Part shown: positions 1 through 8,852 of the stretch, piece after piece
Layout of the letters: each line of letters starts with the position of its first letter
How positions within the stretch are numbered: position 1 is the stretch's first letter
From: a virus
IMG/VR virus record: IMGVR_UViG_3300001450_010303
Location: 32,001-96,000 of that record
Strand: one strand, 5' to 3'
Length of the DNA: 64,000 nucleotides
The notes under the pieces: model-generated
Database searches by the model: none
Told to the model about the DNA's origin: nothing
What the model saw: the letters and a program-made list of their open reading frames with translations, nothing else
Translations under genes and position numbers: made by a program

Positions 1-255
1 ATGAAAGCCAGCAAAAAGTACCGCAAGAATGATAAAGTCTTAGTTAAAAGTTATGCTGGACCTAATGTTGTAGTAATATTAAAAGAACGTTATATAGCAT
101 CCGAATCCGAATTGAGGTATGGTGTTGATGGTTGGAACGCCCAAATAATAAACGATAAAGAAGTAAATAAGTTAAGAAAAATGGGTGTTCCATATAAAAA
201 AGGTGAAAAGCCAATGGTGTGGGTATTTGATCACCATATAATAAGAAAATGCTAA
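1..255 (+). CDS. hypothetical protein (small, basic)
   Basis: 84-aa ORF on the same strand as all neighbours; starts at the window edge, so the 5' end is uncertain. Confidence 0.6.
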   Translation: MKASKKYRKNDKVLVKSYAGPNVVVILKERYIASESELRYGVDGWNAQIINDKEVNKLRKMGVPYKKGEKPMVWVFDHHIIRKC

Positions 256-267
256 GCTATATATTAC

Positions 268-537
268 ATGGATTCCGATGAACACAACCAGCGGTTTGAT
301 TATGAAATTGGTGATATCGTTACGGAAAGTGAATATATCATCCCCCCTGGCAGAAAACCATGGGTTGGAATGGTTGTAGGAATAGATGTCGACCATTATG
401 AACTTCATTCTTTTATTGGCATATTCGAAGATCTAGTGATGATCCATTGGCTCAAACCAGATCTTGTAGAAGCGCTCCCGGCCAGCGTTTTAAAAATGGT
501 TCAGAAAATCGCCGAAAAAGAAGAAGATAAGATTTGA
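268..537 (+). CDS. hypothetical phage protein (SH3/KOW-like 'IGDIV' start)
   Basis: 89-aa ORF; YEIGDIV...GMVV pattern typical of small phage beta-barrel proteins. Confidence 0.6.
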   Translation: MDSDEHNQRFDYEIGDIVTESEYIIPPGRKPWVGMVVGIDVDHYELHSFIGIFEDLVMIHWLKPDLVEALPASVLKMVQKIAEKEEDKI

Positions 538-561
538 CTTTTAAACAAGAAATGTTATGGT
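534..561 (+). promoter_or_regulatory. putative sigma70-type promoter (TTGACT-16-TATGGT, extended TG)
   Basis: TTGACT at 534-539, TG at 553-554, TATGGT at 556-561, just upstream of ATG 569. Confidence 0.4.
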
Positions 562-568
562 ATTATAA

Positions 569-781
569 ATGAAAGTTGGTGATTTAGTATGCCGAAAATA
601 TGTAAGCAGCAAACAAAAACAAAGAGTTTTAAAATTTAATCCCAACATAAAAAACATCGGTGTTATAACAAAAATAGACGAAGAATGCAATCTGTGCGCA
701 GTATGGTTCAGGGACAATATAGAAGAAGCTGTATTTCCAATATCCGGCGATTATTTAAAAATTATAAGCGAAAGTAACTAA
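569..781 (+). CDS. hypothetical phage protein (MKVGDLV family)
   Basis: 70-aa ORF, MKVGDLV...GVITKI...VWF. Confidence 0.6.
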   Translation: MKVGDLVCRKYVSSKQKQRVLKFNPNIKNIGVITKIDEECNLCAVWFRDNIEEAVFPISGDYLKIISESN

Positions 782-814
782 TTATATTAGTTTAAAAAGC
801 ACGAACTATTTATA
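777..814 (+). promoter_or_regulatory. two copies of candidate phage promoter motif ACTAWTTA
   Basis: ACTAATTATA at 777-786 and ACTATTTATA at 805-814, upstream of phoH; the motif recurs before other genes. Confidence 0.45.
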
Positions 815-830
815 GTTATATAGAGGGTCT

Positions 831-2171
831 ATGTCAGAAAAAAAGAATTATGTGTTAGACACAAGCGTATATTTAACAGATGCAAATTCAATATTTAAGT
901 TCGGTGAAAATGATGTTTATATTCCACTTAAAGTGTTAGAAGAAATAGATAAACACAAAACGCGCCAAGACTCAGTTGGTTCAAACGCCCGCCACCTTAT
1001 CCGAACACTTGATAATCTTAGAGAAAGGGGAAATTTAGAAGAGGGCGTTCCGCTTAATGAAGAAAAGAATAGTGGAACACTGAGAGTTATATCATATGCA
1101 TGCTTACAAAAAGTCGTTTTTCCGGCCGACTTAGATATGCGCATTCCAGATCATATTATTATAGCAACCGCCATGGCAGTACGAGGGAAAAGCAAAAATA
1201 AAACGATCATTGTTAGTCGCGATATCAACATGCGCGTTATTTGTGATTCGATCGGTTTAAAAGCTCAAGACTATATTTCTGAAGAAGTGGTAAATTCATC
1301 TGATGAATTATATACTGGGTTCATCATACACGCTGTGGATGAACAAATTATTGATCAGTTTTATGATGGTGAAGACATTTTTATCGATAAAGAAGAAATA
1401 GATGAAATATGGTTTCCTAACCAATATATAATGCTGGTCTCTAACTCAAATGAAAAGAAATCTGCGTTAGCCAAGTTCGAGAACCATCTCAAGCCACTTG
1501 GAAAAGTATTACACAAACAAATACCGGATTGGAATATTAGTGCGCGCAACAAAGAACAAGCATTCGCTATCGATATGTTGATGGACCCCAATATAAAGAT
1601 TGTATCTTTAATCGGCCGGGCTGGTAGCGGGAAGACGCTTATGGCTATAGCCAGTGGTTTGCAACAGACGATAGGTTTAAGAGCGGAGAACAACCACTAT
1701 GACCGTCTTATCGTATCACGCCCCATCCAGCCGCTTGGAAAAGACATCGGGTTCCTACCAGGAACAATGGAAGAGAAGATGCTTCCTTGGCTGATGCCTA
1801 TTCAAGATAATCTTAAGTTCTTAATGGGTGATAAAACATCCTTAGAAATGTATATGGACAAAGGTAAAATTGAGATAGAAGCTTTAACATACATCCGCGG
1901 CCGTTCAATTGCTAATGCGTTTATTATCATCGATGAGGCCCAAAATCTTACCAAACATGAAATAAAAACAATCATCACTCGAATTGGTGAGGGAACTAAG
2001 ATTATTTTGACGGGCGATGTAGAACAAATTGATAATGTATATGTTAATGAAACATCTAATGGGTTAGTACATGCTGTAGAAAAATTCAAAGAATACGCGA
2101 TAGCTGGTCATATGACGTTCCGAAAGGGAGAACGTAGCGAATTAGCTACATTAGCATCAAAAATATTATAG
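831..2171 (+). CDS. phoH: PIN-domain PhoH family ATPase (PhoH2-type)
   Basis: N-terminal PIN motifs (YVLDTSV, LEEIDKHK, D..II, SRDINMR); Walker A GRAGSGKT; GFLPG, YIRGRS, IIDEAQN, LTGDVEQID. Confidence 0.93.
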   Translation: MSEKKNYVLDTSVYLTDANSIFKFGENDVYIPLKVLEEIDKHKTRQDSVGSNARHLIRTLDNLRERGNLEEGVPLNEEKNSGTLRVISYACLQKVVFPADLDMRIPDHIIIATAMAVRGKSKNKTIIVSRDINMRVICDSIGLKAQDYISEEVVNSSDELYTGFIIHAVDEQIIDQFYDGEDIFIDKEEIDEIWFPNQYIMLVSNSNEKKSALAKFENHLKPLGKVLHKQIPDWNISARNKEQAFAIDMLMDPNIKIVSLIGRAGSGKTLMAIASGLQQTIGLRAENNHYDRLIVSRPIQPLGKDIGFLPGTMEEKMLPWLMPIQDNLKFLMGDKTSLEMYMDKGKIEIEALTYIRGRSIANAFIIIDEAQNLTKHEIKTIITRIGEGTKIILTGDVEQIDNVYVNETSNGLVHAVEKFKEYAIAGHMTFRKGERSELATLASKIL

Positions 2172-2197
2172 ACATTAACATAAATATATGTTAATAT
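2169..2197 (+). promoter_or_regulatory. putative sigma70-type promoter with overlapping 9-bp inverted repeat
   Basis: TAGACA(2169-2174)-17 bp-TAATAT(2192-2197) with TG extension; ATTAACATA-aata-TATGTTAAT at 2174-2195; AGGAG RBS before 2217. Confidence 0.55.
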
Positions 2198-2216
2198 AAA
2201 CAAACAAGGAGAAAAC

Positions 2217-2498
2217 ATGTCTGAAAATATAGAAAAAATAATGACCGAAGAAGAAATCCACACAAACCCGCTTATTGGGATGACTGTAGAAAAGGACTCC
2301 GAGCTAAAAAGTTTTTTGGTTGAATATGTAGGAACAAAACTCGATAAGGATGAGGTTACAGTGCATATGATCTCGGAAGTATTAGCACACGACTTCCCAG
2401 AGTTTGCTTACGCCTTCGCCGAAGAAAACTTCATTAGAGGATATCAATTAGGACTTGATGATGCGTTTAAAAGACCTGAAACAGAAAAACCAAAATAA
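2217..2498 (+). CDS. hypothetical protein (acidic)
   Basis: 93-aa ORF with AGGAG RBS; ends EENFIRGYQLGLDD. Confidence 0.75.
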   Translation: MSENIEKIMTEEEIHTNPLIGMTVEKDSELKSFLVEYVGTKLDKDEVTVHMISEVLAHDFPEFAYAFAEENFIRGYQLGLDDAFKRPETEKPK

Positions 2499-3150
2499 TA
2501 GAAATTTTTATACTAATGCCGGCCTCCGAGTATATGTAGAAAAATCACCAATAGAAGAAGATATTGATTTAGAAAGAGTCGTATCTAAGTATGAAAGCAT
2601 CCTGGCGCCACATTTAAGGGCCGAGATAGAAATGGTTATAATTGGCTGGTTTAAAGAATTTGAAGAACGCTCTATTAGTGCTTTTTATGATTCTGGTACA
2701 TTATTTATATCACACGCCCAAAGCAGTGAAGAAGATATTATAACTGATATGATTCACGAAACCTCTCATTCTATAGAAGTCGCTCATGGATATCAAATTT
2801 ATGGAGACAAAAAAATAGAAGAAGAGTTTCTTACAAAAAGAAAACATCTCCATGATTTATTGTGGTCTATGGGATATAAGGTACCGCTATCTGTTTTTAT
2901 GGAAACTGAGTATAATGAAGAACTCGATATGTTCCTTCTTGAAGAAGTAGGATACGAAAAATTAACGGGTATCGTGCAGGGTATGTTTATATCAGCCTAC
3001 TCGCCAACATCATTAAGGGAATATTTTGCTACAGGATTTACTGATTTCTATTCAAACAGAAATCATAAATATCTTCAAAAAGTAAGTCCTGCCTTATATG
3101 AGAAGCTTATTTTGTTACATGACGAAGAAAAGCTTGACAATCATTACTAA
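2458..3150 (+). CDS. putative zincin-type metallopeptidase (HExxH; ATLF-like pattern)
   Basis: IHETSH motif followed by SLREYFATGF...YLQKVSPALYE; start codon uncertain. Confidence 0.55.
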   Translation: MMRLKDLKQKNQNNRNFYTNAGLRVYVEKSPIEEDIDLERVVSKYESILAPHLRAEIEMVIIGWFKEFEERSISAFYDSGTLFISHAQSSEEDIITDMIHETSHSIEVAHGYQIYGDKKIEEEFLTKRKHLHDLLWSMGYKVPLSVFMETEYNEELDMFLLEEVGYEKLTGIVQGMFISAYSPTSLREYFATGFTDFYSNRNHKYLQKVSPALYEKLILLHDEEKLDNHY

Positions 3151-3162
3151 AATGGTTATATT
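3134..3162 (+). promoter_or_regulatory. sigma70-type promoter TTGACA-17-TATATT
   Basis: Perfect -35 at 3134-3139, 17-bp spacer, TATATT at 3157-3162, GGAGG RBS before 3183. Confidence 0.7.
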
Positions 3163-3182
3163 ATAGTAATATAATTGGAGGG

Positions 3183-3953
3183 ATGATGTCACACATATCC
3201 TACTCGGAACTCAAGGACTGGGCATTCTGCCCTTTTTACCACAAGCTCACACGCCTCGATAAGATCGATGGATTCAAAGGTAATGCATACACAGCCTTTG
3301 GAAGTGCTATCCATTCTGTATGTGAAAAAAAGCTTCTCCACGAAGCGGTCGACGATGACTTCTTTATACAAGAATTCGAAAAGAACATAAAGTCTCTCGA
3401 CGACGATATCGAGGTTAATGAGAAGTTAGTAAATGATATGGTGGGTCAAGGAAAAGAGATTATCCCCGAAATTGAGGACGCCCTCGCTGACTATTTTGAA
3501 GAGTTTGAAGTAATGGCAGTTGAAATGCCACTTATGGAAACTATCGAGAACGATGATAAACTTTTTAAGGGTTATATTGACGCCGTCGTTGCCACTCCTG
3601 ACGGAAAAATTCATATATTTGATTGGAAGACATGTTCTTGGGGTTGGGACGCGAAGAAAAAGAGTGACAAGCTTGTGACGTACCAGCTTACGTTGTACAA
3701 ACACTTTTTTTGCCAAAAGATGGGGGTTGATCCAAAGGACGTCGAGACACATTTTGCACTACTTAAACGTACAGCCAAGAAAAACAGAGTTGAGTTCTTC
3801 AGAGTAACAAGCGGAACGAAAAAAACTGAAAATGCTCTTAAACTTTTGAGAACCGCACTGTACAATATTAAAAATAAGCGAAGCATTAAAAATCGCTTAT
3901 CCTGTACCGGTGGGTATGGCTGTAAATTTTATAAGACAGAACACTGTCCATGA
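3183..3953 (+). CDS. PD-(D/E)XK exonuclease, Cas4/RecB-like
   Basis: HISYSEL..W..CP, FGSAIH, KGYIDAV...IFDWKT, YQLTLY; C-terminal CTGGYGC...CP cluster consistent with Fe-S ligation. Confidence 0.85.
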   Translation: MMSHISYSELKDWAFCPFYHKLTRLDKIDGFKGNAYTAFGSAIHSVCEKKLLHEAVDDDFFIQEFEKNIKSLDDDIEVNEKLVNDMVGQGKEIIPEIEDALADYFEEFEVMAVEMPLMETIENDDKLFKGYIDAVVATPDGKIHIFDWKTCSWGWDAKKKSDKLVTYQLTLYKHFFCQKMGVDPKDVETHFALLKRTAKKNRVEFFRVTSGTKKTENALKLLRTALYNIKNKRSIKNRLSCTGGYGCKFYKTEHCP

Positions 3954-3960
3954 GGAAAAA

Positions 3961-5244
3961 ATGAAAAAAAAGAAAATTCTGGTTCTAAGTGATCACCCGC
4001 TCTCTCCGTCCGGAGTTGGGACACAAACAAAATATATGATTGAAGCTCTGCTTAAAACAGGTAGATATAAAGTAGTGTGTCTCGGCGGCGCTATCAAACA
4101 TCATGATTATTCTCCACAAAAGGTGAGTCCTTACGAAGATGATTGGGTTATATATCCTATCGATGGTTATGGCAATCATGAGACAATTAGATCTGTCTTA
4201 CAAAAAGAAAAACCAGATGTATTATGGTTCATGACCGATCCTAGATTCTATGGTTGGTTATGGGAGATAGAGAATGAAGTAAGGGCAAATATACCCATGG
4301 TATATTATCATGTTTGGGATAACTTCCCAGCGCCATTTTTTAATGCGCCGTTCTATCAATCAACTGATGAGGTGGTATGTATATCAAAAGTAACCCATGA
4401 AATCTTAAAGGTTACAGCACCCGATGTTTCAAGCCAATACTTGCCCCATGCAGTTAATTATAGCATGTTCCATCCGTATAAAACAACAGAAGAAAAAGCG
4501 ATAACACAAACTATAAAAGAAAGAATTTTCAATGCATCAGAAAATTTTAAAAACCCTAACAAAAAAATCTTCTTCTGGAACAACAGAAACGCTAGAAGAA
4601 AGCAACCAGGTACTCTAATTTGGTGGTTTAAAGAATTTTTAGACGAAGTCGGACACGACAAGGCAACTCTTTTAATGCATACAGACGCAAGAGACCCACA
4701 CGGCCAAGATTTACCGCATTTAATAGAACATTTAGGCATCAGTGATGGGCAAGTGCTGTTATCAACTGAGAAAGTAAGTTCTGAAGAATTAGCAAACTTA
4801 TACAATGTGTGTGATTATACAATTAATATTTCTGATGCGGAAGGATTTGGTTTGGCGACGTTAGAATCATTGTCTTGTGGAACTCCAATTATAGTTAATA
4901 TGACTGGTGGATTACAAGAACAAGTAACAAATGGAAAGGATTGGTTTGGATGGGGCATCCAACCTTCTTCTAAATCTGTGATCGGCTCTTTACAAGTTCC
5001 TTACATTTTTGAAGATAGAATCAGTAAAGAAGACTTTATTAATATTTTAAAGAAAGCAATAAATGTTAGCCCCAAGGCTTATAAAAGAATGTCAACCCAA
5101 GGCAATGCCCATGTTATGGAAAATTATAACTTTGAGGATTATGAAAAAAATTGGGTCAAAACTATAGACGATGTTATTAAAAGACACGGCTCATGGGAAA
5201 CAAGAAAAAATTATAAACGTTGGCATCTAATGGAGGTTGCATGA
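3961..5244 (+). CDS. glycosyltransferase family 4 (GT-B)
   Basis: SGVGTQ N-terminus, NRNARRK, EGFGLATLESLSCGTPII..TGGLQE; start moved to ATG 3961 after GAGG. Confidence 0.9.
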   Translation: MKKKKILVLSDHPLSPSGVGTQTKYMIEALLKTGRYKVVCLGGAIKHHDYSPQKVSPYEDDWVIYPIDGYGNHETIRSVLQKEKPDVLWFMTDPRFYGWLWEIENEVRANIPMVYYHVWDNFPAPFFNAPFYQSTDEVVCISKVTHEILKVTAPDVSSQYLPHAVNYSMFHPYKTTEEKAITQTIKERIFNASENFKNPNKKIFFWNNRNARRKQPGTLIWWFKEFLDEVGHDKATLLMHTDARDPHGQDLPHLIEHLGISDGQVLLSTEKVSSEELANLYNVCDYTINISDAEGFGLATLESLSCGTPIIVNMTGGLQEQVTNGKDWFGWGIQPSSKSVIGSLQVPYIFEDRISKEDFINILKKAINVSPKAYKRMSTQGNAHVMENYNFEDYEKNWVKTIDDVIKRHGSWETRKNYKRWHLMEVA

Positions 5245-6503
5245 AAAAGAAGATTTTATTTAAGGCGCCAGTTTTAACTCGCTCCGGATACGGAGAACAA
5301 TCACGGTTTGCACTAAGATCTCTTAGAAGCAGGGAAGATATATTCGATATTTATATACAACCTTTACAATGGGGAGCCACATCGTGGATTAATACGATGG
5401 ACGAGGAGCGATTATGGATTGATCAAGTAATCGAGAAAACAATCGCGTTTATACAGCAGGGAGGAAAATTTGATATGTCCTTTCAAGTTACGATCCCTAA
5501 TGAATGGGAGAAAATCGCCCCGATCAATATTGGATACACTGCCGGCATAGAAACAACTAAAGTAGCACATCAGTGGATTGATCGTGGAAATATAATGGAT
5601 AAAATTATAGTTGTTTCAAACCACTCGAAAAATACATTTAAGGATACAGTATATCAGGCTGTCAATGAAGAAACAAAAGAACAAATAGAGTTTCAACTTA
5701 AAACTGAAATAGATGTTGTAAATTATCCGGCTAAACAATATAATAATCTGCCAGAAATTGAATTAGAATTAAAACATGACATAAATTTTGTTTCAATAGC
5801 TCAATTAGGCCCAAGAAAAAATCTTCCAAATACAGTAAAATGGTTTGTAGAAGAATTTAAAGATGATGAAATTGGTTTAATTTTAAAAACTAATTTAGCA
5901 AAAAATTGTCACATGGATCGATTAAATGTTTTCAATCAATTAACGGGGATGCTGTCAAATTACAAAGATAGAAAGTGTAGTGTTTATCTGCTCCATGGTG
6001 ACATGGAAGATGATGAAGTTCATTCCATTTACAACCACGATAAAGTCAAGGCACTTGTTAGTCTAGCTCATGGAGAAGGATTTGGATTGCCAATATTTGA
6101 AGCAACTTATTCTGGAATGCCAGTAATCTGTAACGGTTGGTCCGGACAGTGCGATTTCATATATGATGAAGAGGGAACAGCAGGATTTTACAGCGTGTCA
6201 TATGACATGAACCAAGTACAGCCAGAAGTTGTGTGGGATGGAGTTCTAATTAAAGAATCTATGTGGGCATACTCTAGAGAACACTCAGCAAAGAAACAAA
6301 TGAGAGAATGTTACAACGATATAAAAGATCAAAAAGAAGGAAGTATCGCCTTAAACTCAAAATCATTTGGAGTTTATACACAAGAGAGATTCTCGAAAGA
6401 TAAGCAATATGAAAAGATGGTTAATGCACTACTACCATTTCTAGACTCTGAGGAAGACAAAAAGTGGCGTGATGTATTAGATCAAGTAGTGGAGTATGAG
6501 TAA
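5241..6503 (+). CDS. glycosyltransferase family 4 (GT-B)
   Basis: SGYGEQSR, RKN, HGEGFGLPIFEA...GMPVI..GWSGQCDF; GGAGG RBS before ATG 5241. Confidence 0.9.
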   Translation: MKKKILFKAPVLTRSGYGEQSRFALRSLRSREDIFDIYIQPLQWGATSWINTMDEERLWIDQVIEKTIAFIQQGGKFDMSFQVTIPNEWEKIAPINIGYTAGIETTKVAHQWIDRGNIMDKIIVVSNHSKNTFKDTVYQAVNEETKEQIEFQLKTEIDVVNYPAKQYNNLPEIELELKHDINFVSIAQLGPRKNLPNTVKWFVEEFKDDEIGLILKTNLAKNCHMDRLNVFNQLTGMLSNYKDRKCSVYLLHGDMEDDEVHSIYNHDKVKALVSLAHGEGFGLPIFEATYSGMPVICNGWSGQCDFIYDEEGTAGFYSVSYDMNQVQPEVVWDGVLIKESMWAYSREHSAKKQMRECYNDIKDQKEGSIALNSKSFGVYTQERFSKDKQYEKMVNALLPFLDSEEDKKWRDVLDQVVEYE

Positions 6504-8154
6504 GAAAGTAATATTTATCTCTGATTTCTTTATCAATGAAATCTGTGGTGGTGCCGAATTCTGTAATGATGCTTTAATTAATTCTTTAAAGCATCGTTTT
6601 ACAATTAAACAACATAAATCGAAATCGATAACACCGGAGTTTATTCGTACCAATAACGATTGCTTTTTTATAATTGCTAATTTCTTTATGCTAACTGAAC
6701 AGTGTAAAGAAGAATTAGCTAATGTAACATATGTTATATTTGAACATGATCACAAATATATTAGGTCAAATAACCCAGCGCTGTATAAGAATTTTTTAGC
6801 ACCAGAAAGTCAATTACAAAACAAACAGTTTTTTAAAAATGCATTAGCGGTGATATGTCAAAGCAAGAAGCACGCAGAAGTAGTACAGAAAAACTTATTA
6901 TTAACTAATGTAGTTAATTCAGCTGGGAATATCTGGACCGACGAACAAATTAGTATATTAGAAGCTAATATCGATAATGAAAAAGATATAGAATACGCGG
7001 TTTTAAACTCACAAAACAGAAACAAAGGCATGCCAGCCGCAATTGAATACTGTAAAAGAAAATCAATTGAGTTTCAGTTCCTTAACCCAGCACCATTCGA
7101 CGAATATATAAGAAGTATATCTAAGATAAAACATTTAGTATTTCTTCCACAATGGTTAGAATCATATAGTAGGCTAGCCATAGAGGCACGAATATTAGGG
7201 TGCAAGCTAATAACCAACGGCCTCCTCGGCGCTGCTAGCGAAGATTATTTTCAATTATCCGGCCGGGAACTATTGGAATATATCGTAGGAAATAATAATA
7301 GAATTATTAAAAACTGGACAAAACTAATTGAATCTGAGACAGCGATTTTTATAGAGCAAATAGAGCTTCCAAAAATAACGGTGTTTTGCCCCATTTATAA
7401 TGCAGAAAAATATATTGTTAATTTCTTAGATGATATGAAAAGACAAACAATATTTGATAACTGCGAACTAATAATAATAAATGCGAATTCACCACAAAAC
7501 GAAGATGAGCCTATCAATGCGTTTAAAAAGCAAAACAAAAATGTAGTATATAAGAAATTAAATTATAGAGCTACTGTTATGGAAACAGAAAATATGGCCA
7601 TCAAAATGGCCAAGGGAGAGTTCTTTGCACAGTGCTGTGTCGACGACGCACACTCTATAGATTATCTAGAGACATTGGCCAAACATCTACACTTCGCGGA
7701 AGATATTGATTTGGTGTATGCTGACTGCTTACAAACTACACGCCCTCTTGAATCGTTTGAGAACAACTCTTCAAACGGAAAACTATATGAGCATTCTATC
7801 AATACGTTCTCCCGAGAAAACATGATTAAGTGTCTGCCCGGCCCCATGCCTATGTGGAAAAAAGAAGTTCATGCCAAGAGTGGATATTTTAATGAGGCCA
7901 TGGCCCACGCCGGAGATTGGGATATGTTCTTAAGGATGGTCCTCGCGGGATCAAAATTTAAAAAGATTGATAGGCCTCTAGGACTTTATTATTATAACTC
8001 AGAAGGTTTATCAACTAGCCCAGAGTATTCTATGAAAAGAGGCCGCGAAGAGGCAAAGGTTTTTTTTGATAATAAAGAAATCTTTGGAGAACAAAATTAT
8101 AAAAGATACGAAGAGTATTTTAAACAATTCTTAAAGGAAGAGACAAATGAGTGA
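6496..8154 (+). CDS. two-domain glycosyltransferase (GT-B-like N-terminus plus GT2 C-terminus)
   Basis: GGAE and ESYSRLAIEARILGC in the N-half; ITVFCPIYNAEKYI, VDD and GDWDMFLR in the C-half. Confidence 0.85.
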   Translation: MSKKVIFISDFFINEICGGAEFCNDALINSLKHRFTIKQHKSKSITPEFIRTNNDCFFIIANFFMLTEQCKEELANVTYVIFEHDHKYIRSNNPALYKNFLAPESQLQNKQFFKNALAVICQSKKHAEVVQKNLLLTNVVNSAGNIWTDEQISILEANIDNEKDIEYAVLNSQNRNKGMPAAIEYCKRKSIEFQFLNPAPFDEYIRSISKIKHLVFLPQWLESYSRLAIEARILGCKLITNGLLGAASEDYFQLSGRELLEYIVGNNNRIIKNWTKLIESETAIFIEQIELPKITVFCPIYNAEKYIVNFLDDMKRQTIFDNCELIIINANSPQNEDEPINAFKKQNKNVVYKKLNYRATVMETENMAIKMAKGEFFAQCCVDDAHSIDYLETLAKHLHFAEDIDLVYADCLQTTRPLESFENNSSNGKLYEHSINTFSRENMIKCLPGPMPMWKKEVHAKSGYFNEAMAHAGDWDMFLRMVLAGSKFKKIDRPLGLYYYNSEGLSTSPEYSMKRGREEAKVFFDNKEIFGEQNYKRYEEYFKQFLKEETNE

Positions 8155-8557
8155 GAGAAAATACCTACCCACACTATCAGAATTGATAGACCGATTATCG
8201 ATCGCGCAACTTAAGGAGGTCTTTATACCAGACCATAAAGAAGAGTATGCGAGTGAAATATCAGACATTTTACATGATATAGACTTGACGCTTAAGGAAA
8301 AGGATGTTATAATAGATGGTAGAGCAATTAGAGCCCTCGTAGTATTATCACAAATGAACTTACACATTTGGCATAATGAGACAAACTATCGCAAGGGAAT
8401 AAGTGAAGGAAACGACCTGGAGCTAACCCATGGTCTAAATGGCATTAGAAACACAGCAAAGAATAGGATTCAAGAGTTATCCGGCGGCAGAAAAGACTAT
8501 AAAATTGATTGTTTAGCAGCCGATTTTAAGGATTGGGAGATTAGTTGGGATGAATAA
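8147..8557 (+). CDS. hypothetical protein, DUF4254-like
   Basis: ELIDRLSIAQLK and N..IWH.E...R...N..R pattern. Confidence 0.55.
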   Translation: MSERKYLPTLSELIDRLSIAQLKEVFIPDHKEEYASEISDILHDIDLTLKEKDVIIDGRAIRALVVLSQMNLHIWHNETNYRKGISEGNDLELTHGLNGIRNTAKNRIQELSGGRKDYKIDCLAADFKDWEISWDE

Positions 8558-8852
8558 AGATTTAACATTCAAAGAATATTATGAATATTATCTGACACTT
8601 CATAAAGATCCACGAACCCGACGCTTACATATACTTGGCCAGGCCGCTACAATCGTATATGTCGCTGGTATTATTTATACAAGTCTCTGGCCCCTACTAT
8701 TAGCTGCCCCTTTCGTTGTTTATCCATTTGCGTGGTCAGGTCACTTCTTTTTCGAAAAGAATACACCGGCCGCCTTTACGCGCCCAATTTGGGCAAAAGC
8801 ATGCGATTGGGTTATGCTTAAAGACACAATTACAGGAAAAATAGAACTATGA
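8550..8852 (+). CDS. DUF962/Mpo1-like membrane protein
   Basis: YYLTLH....RRLH, YPFAWSGHFFFEKNTPAAF. Confidence 0.8.
   Translation: MNKDLTFKEYYEYYLTLHKDPRTRRLHILGQAATIVYVAGIIYTSLWPLLLAAPFVVYPFAWSGHFFFEKNTPAAFTRPIWAKACDWVMLKDTITGKIEL

Noticed and set aside
3183-3953. CRISPR-Cas locus suggested by the Cas4-like nuclease
   Set aside because: No repeat-spacer array or other cas genes are seen, and stand-alone Cas4-like nucleases are common in phages.
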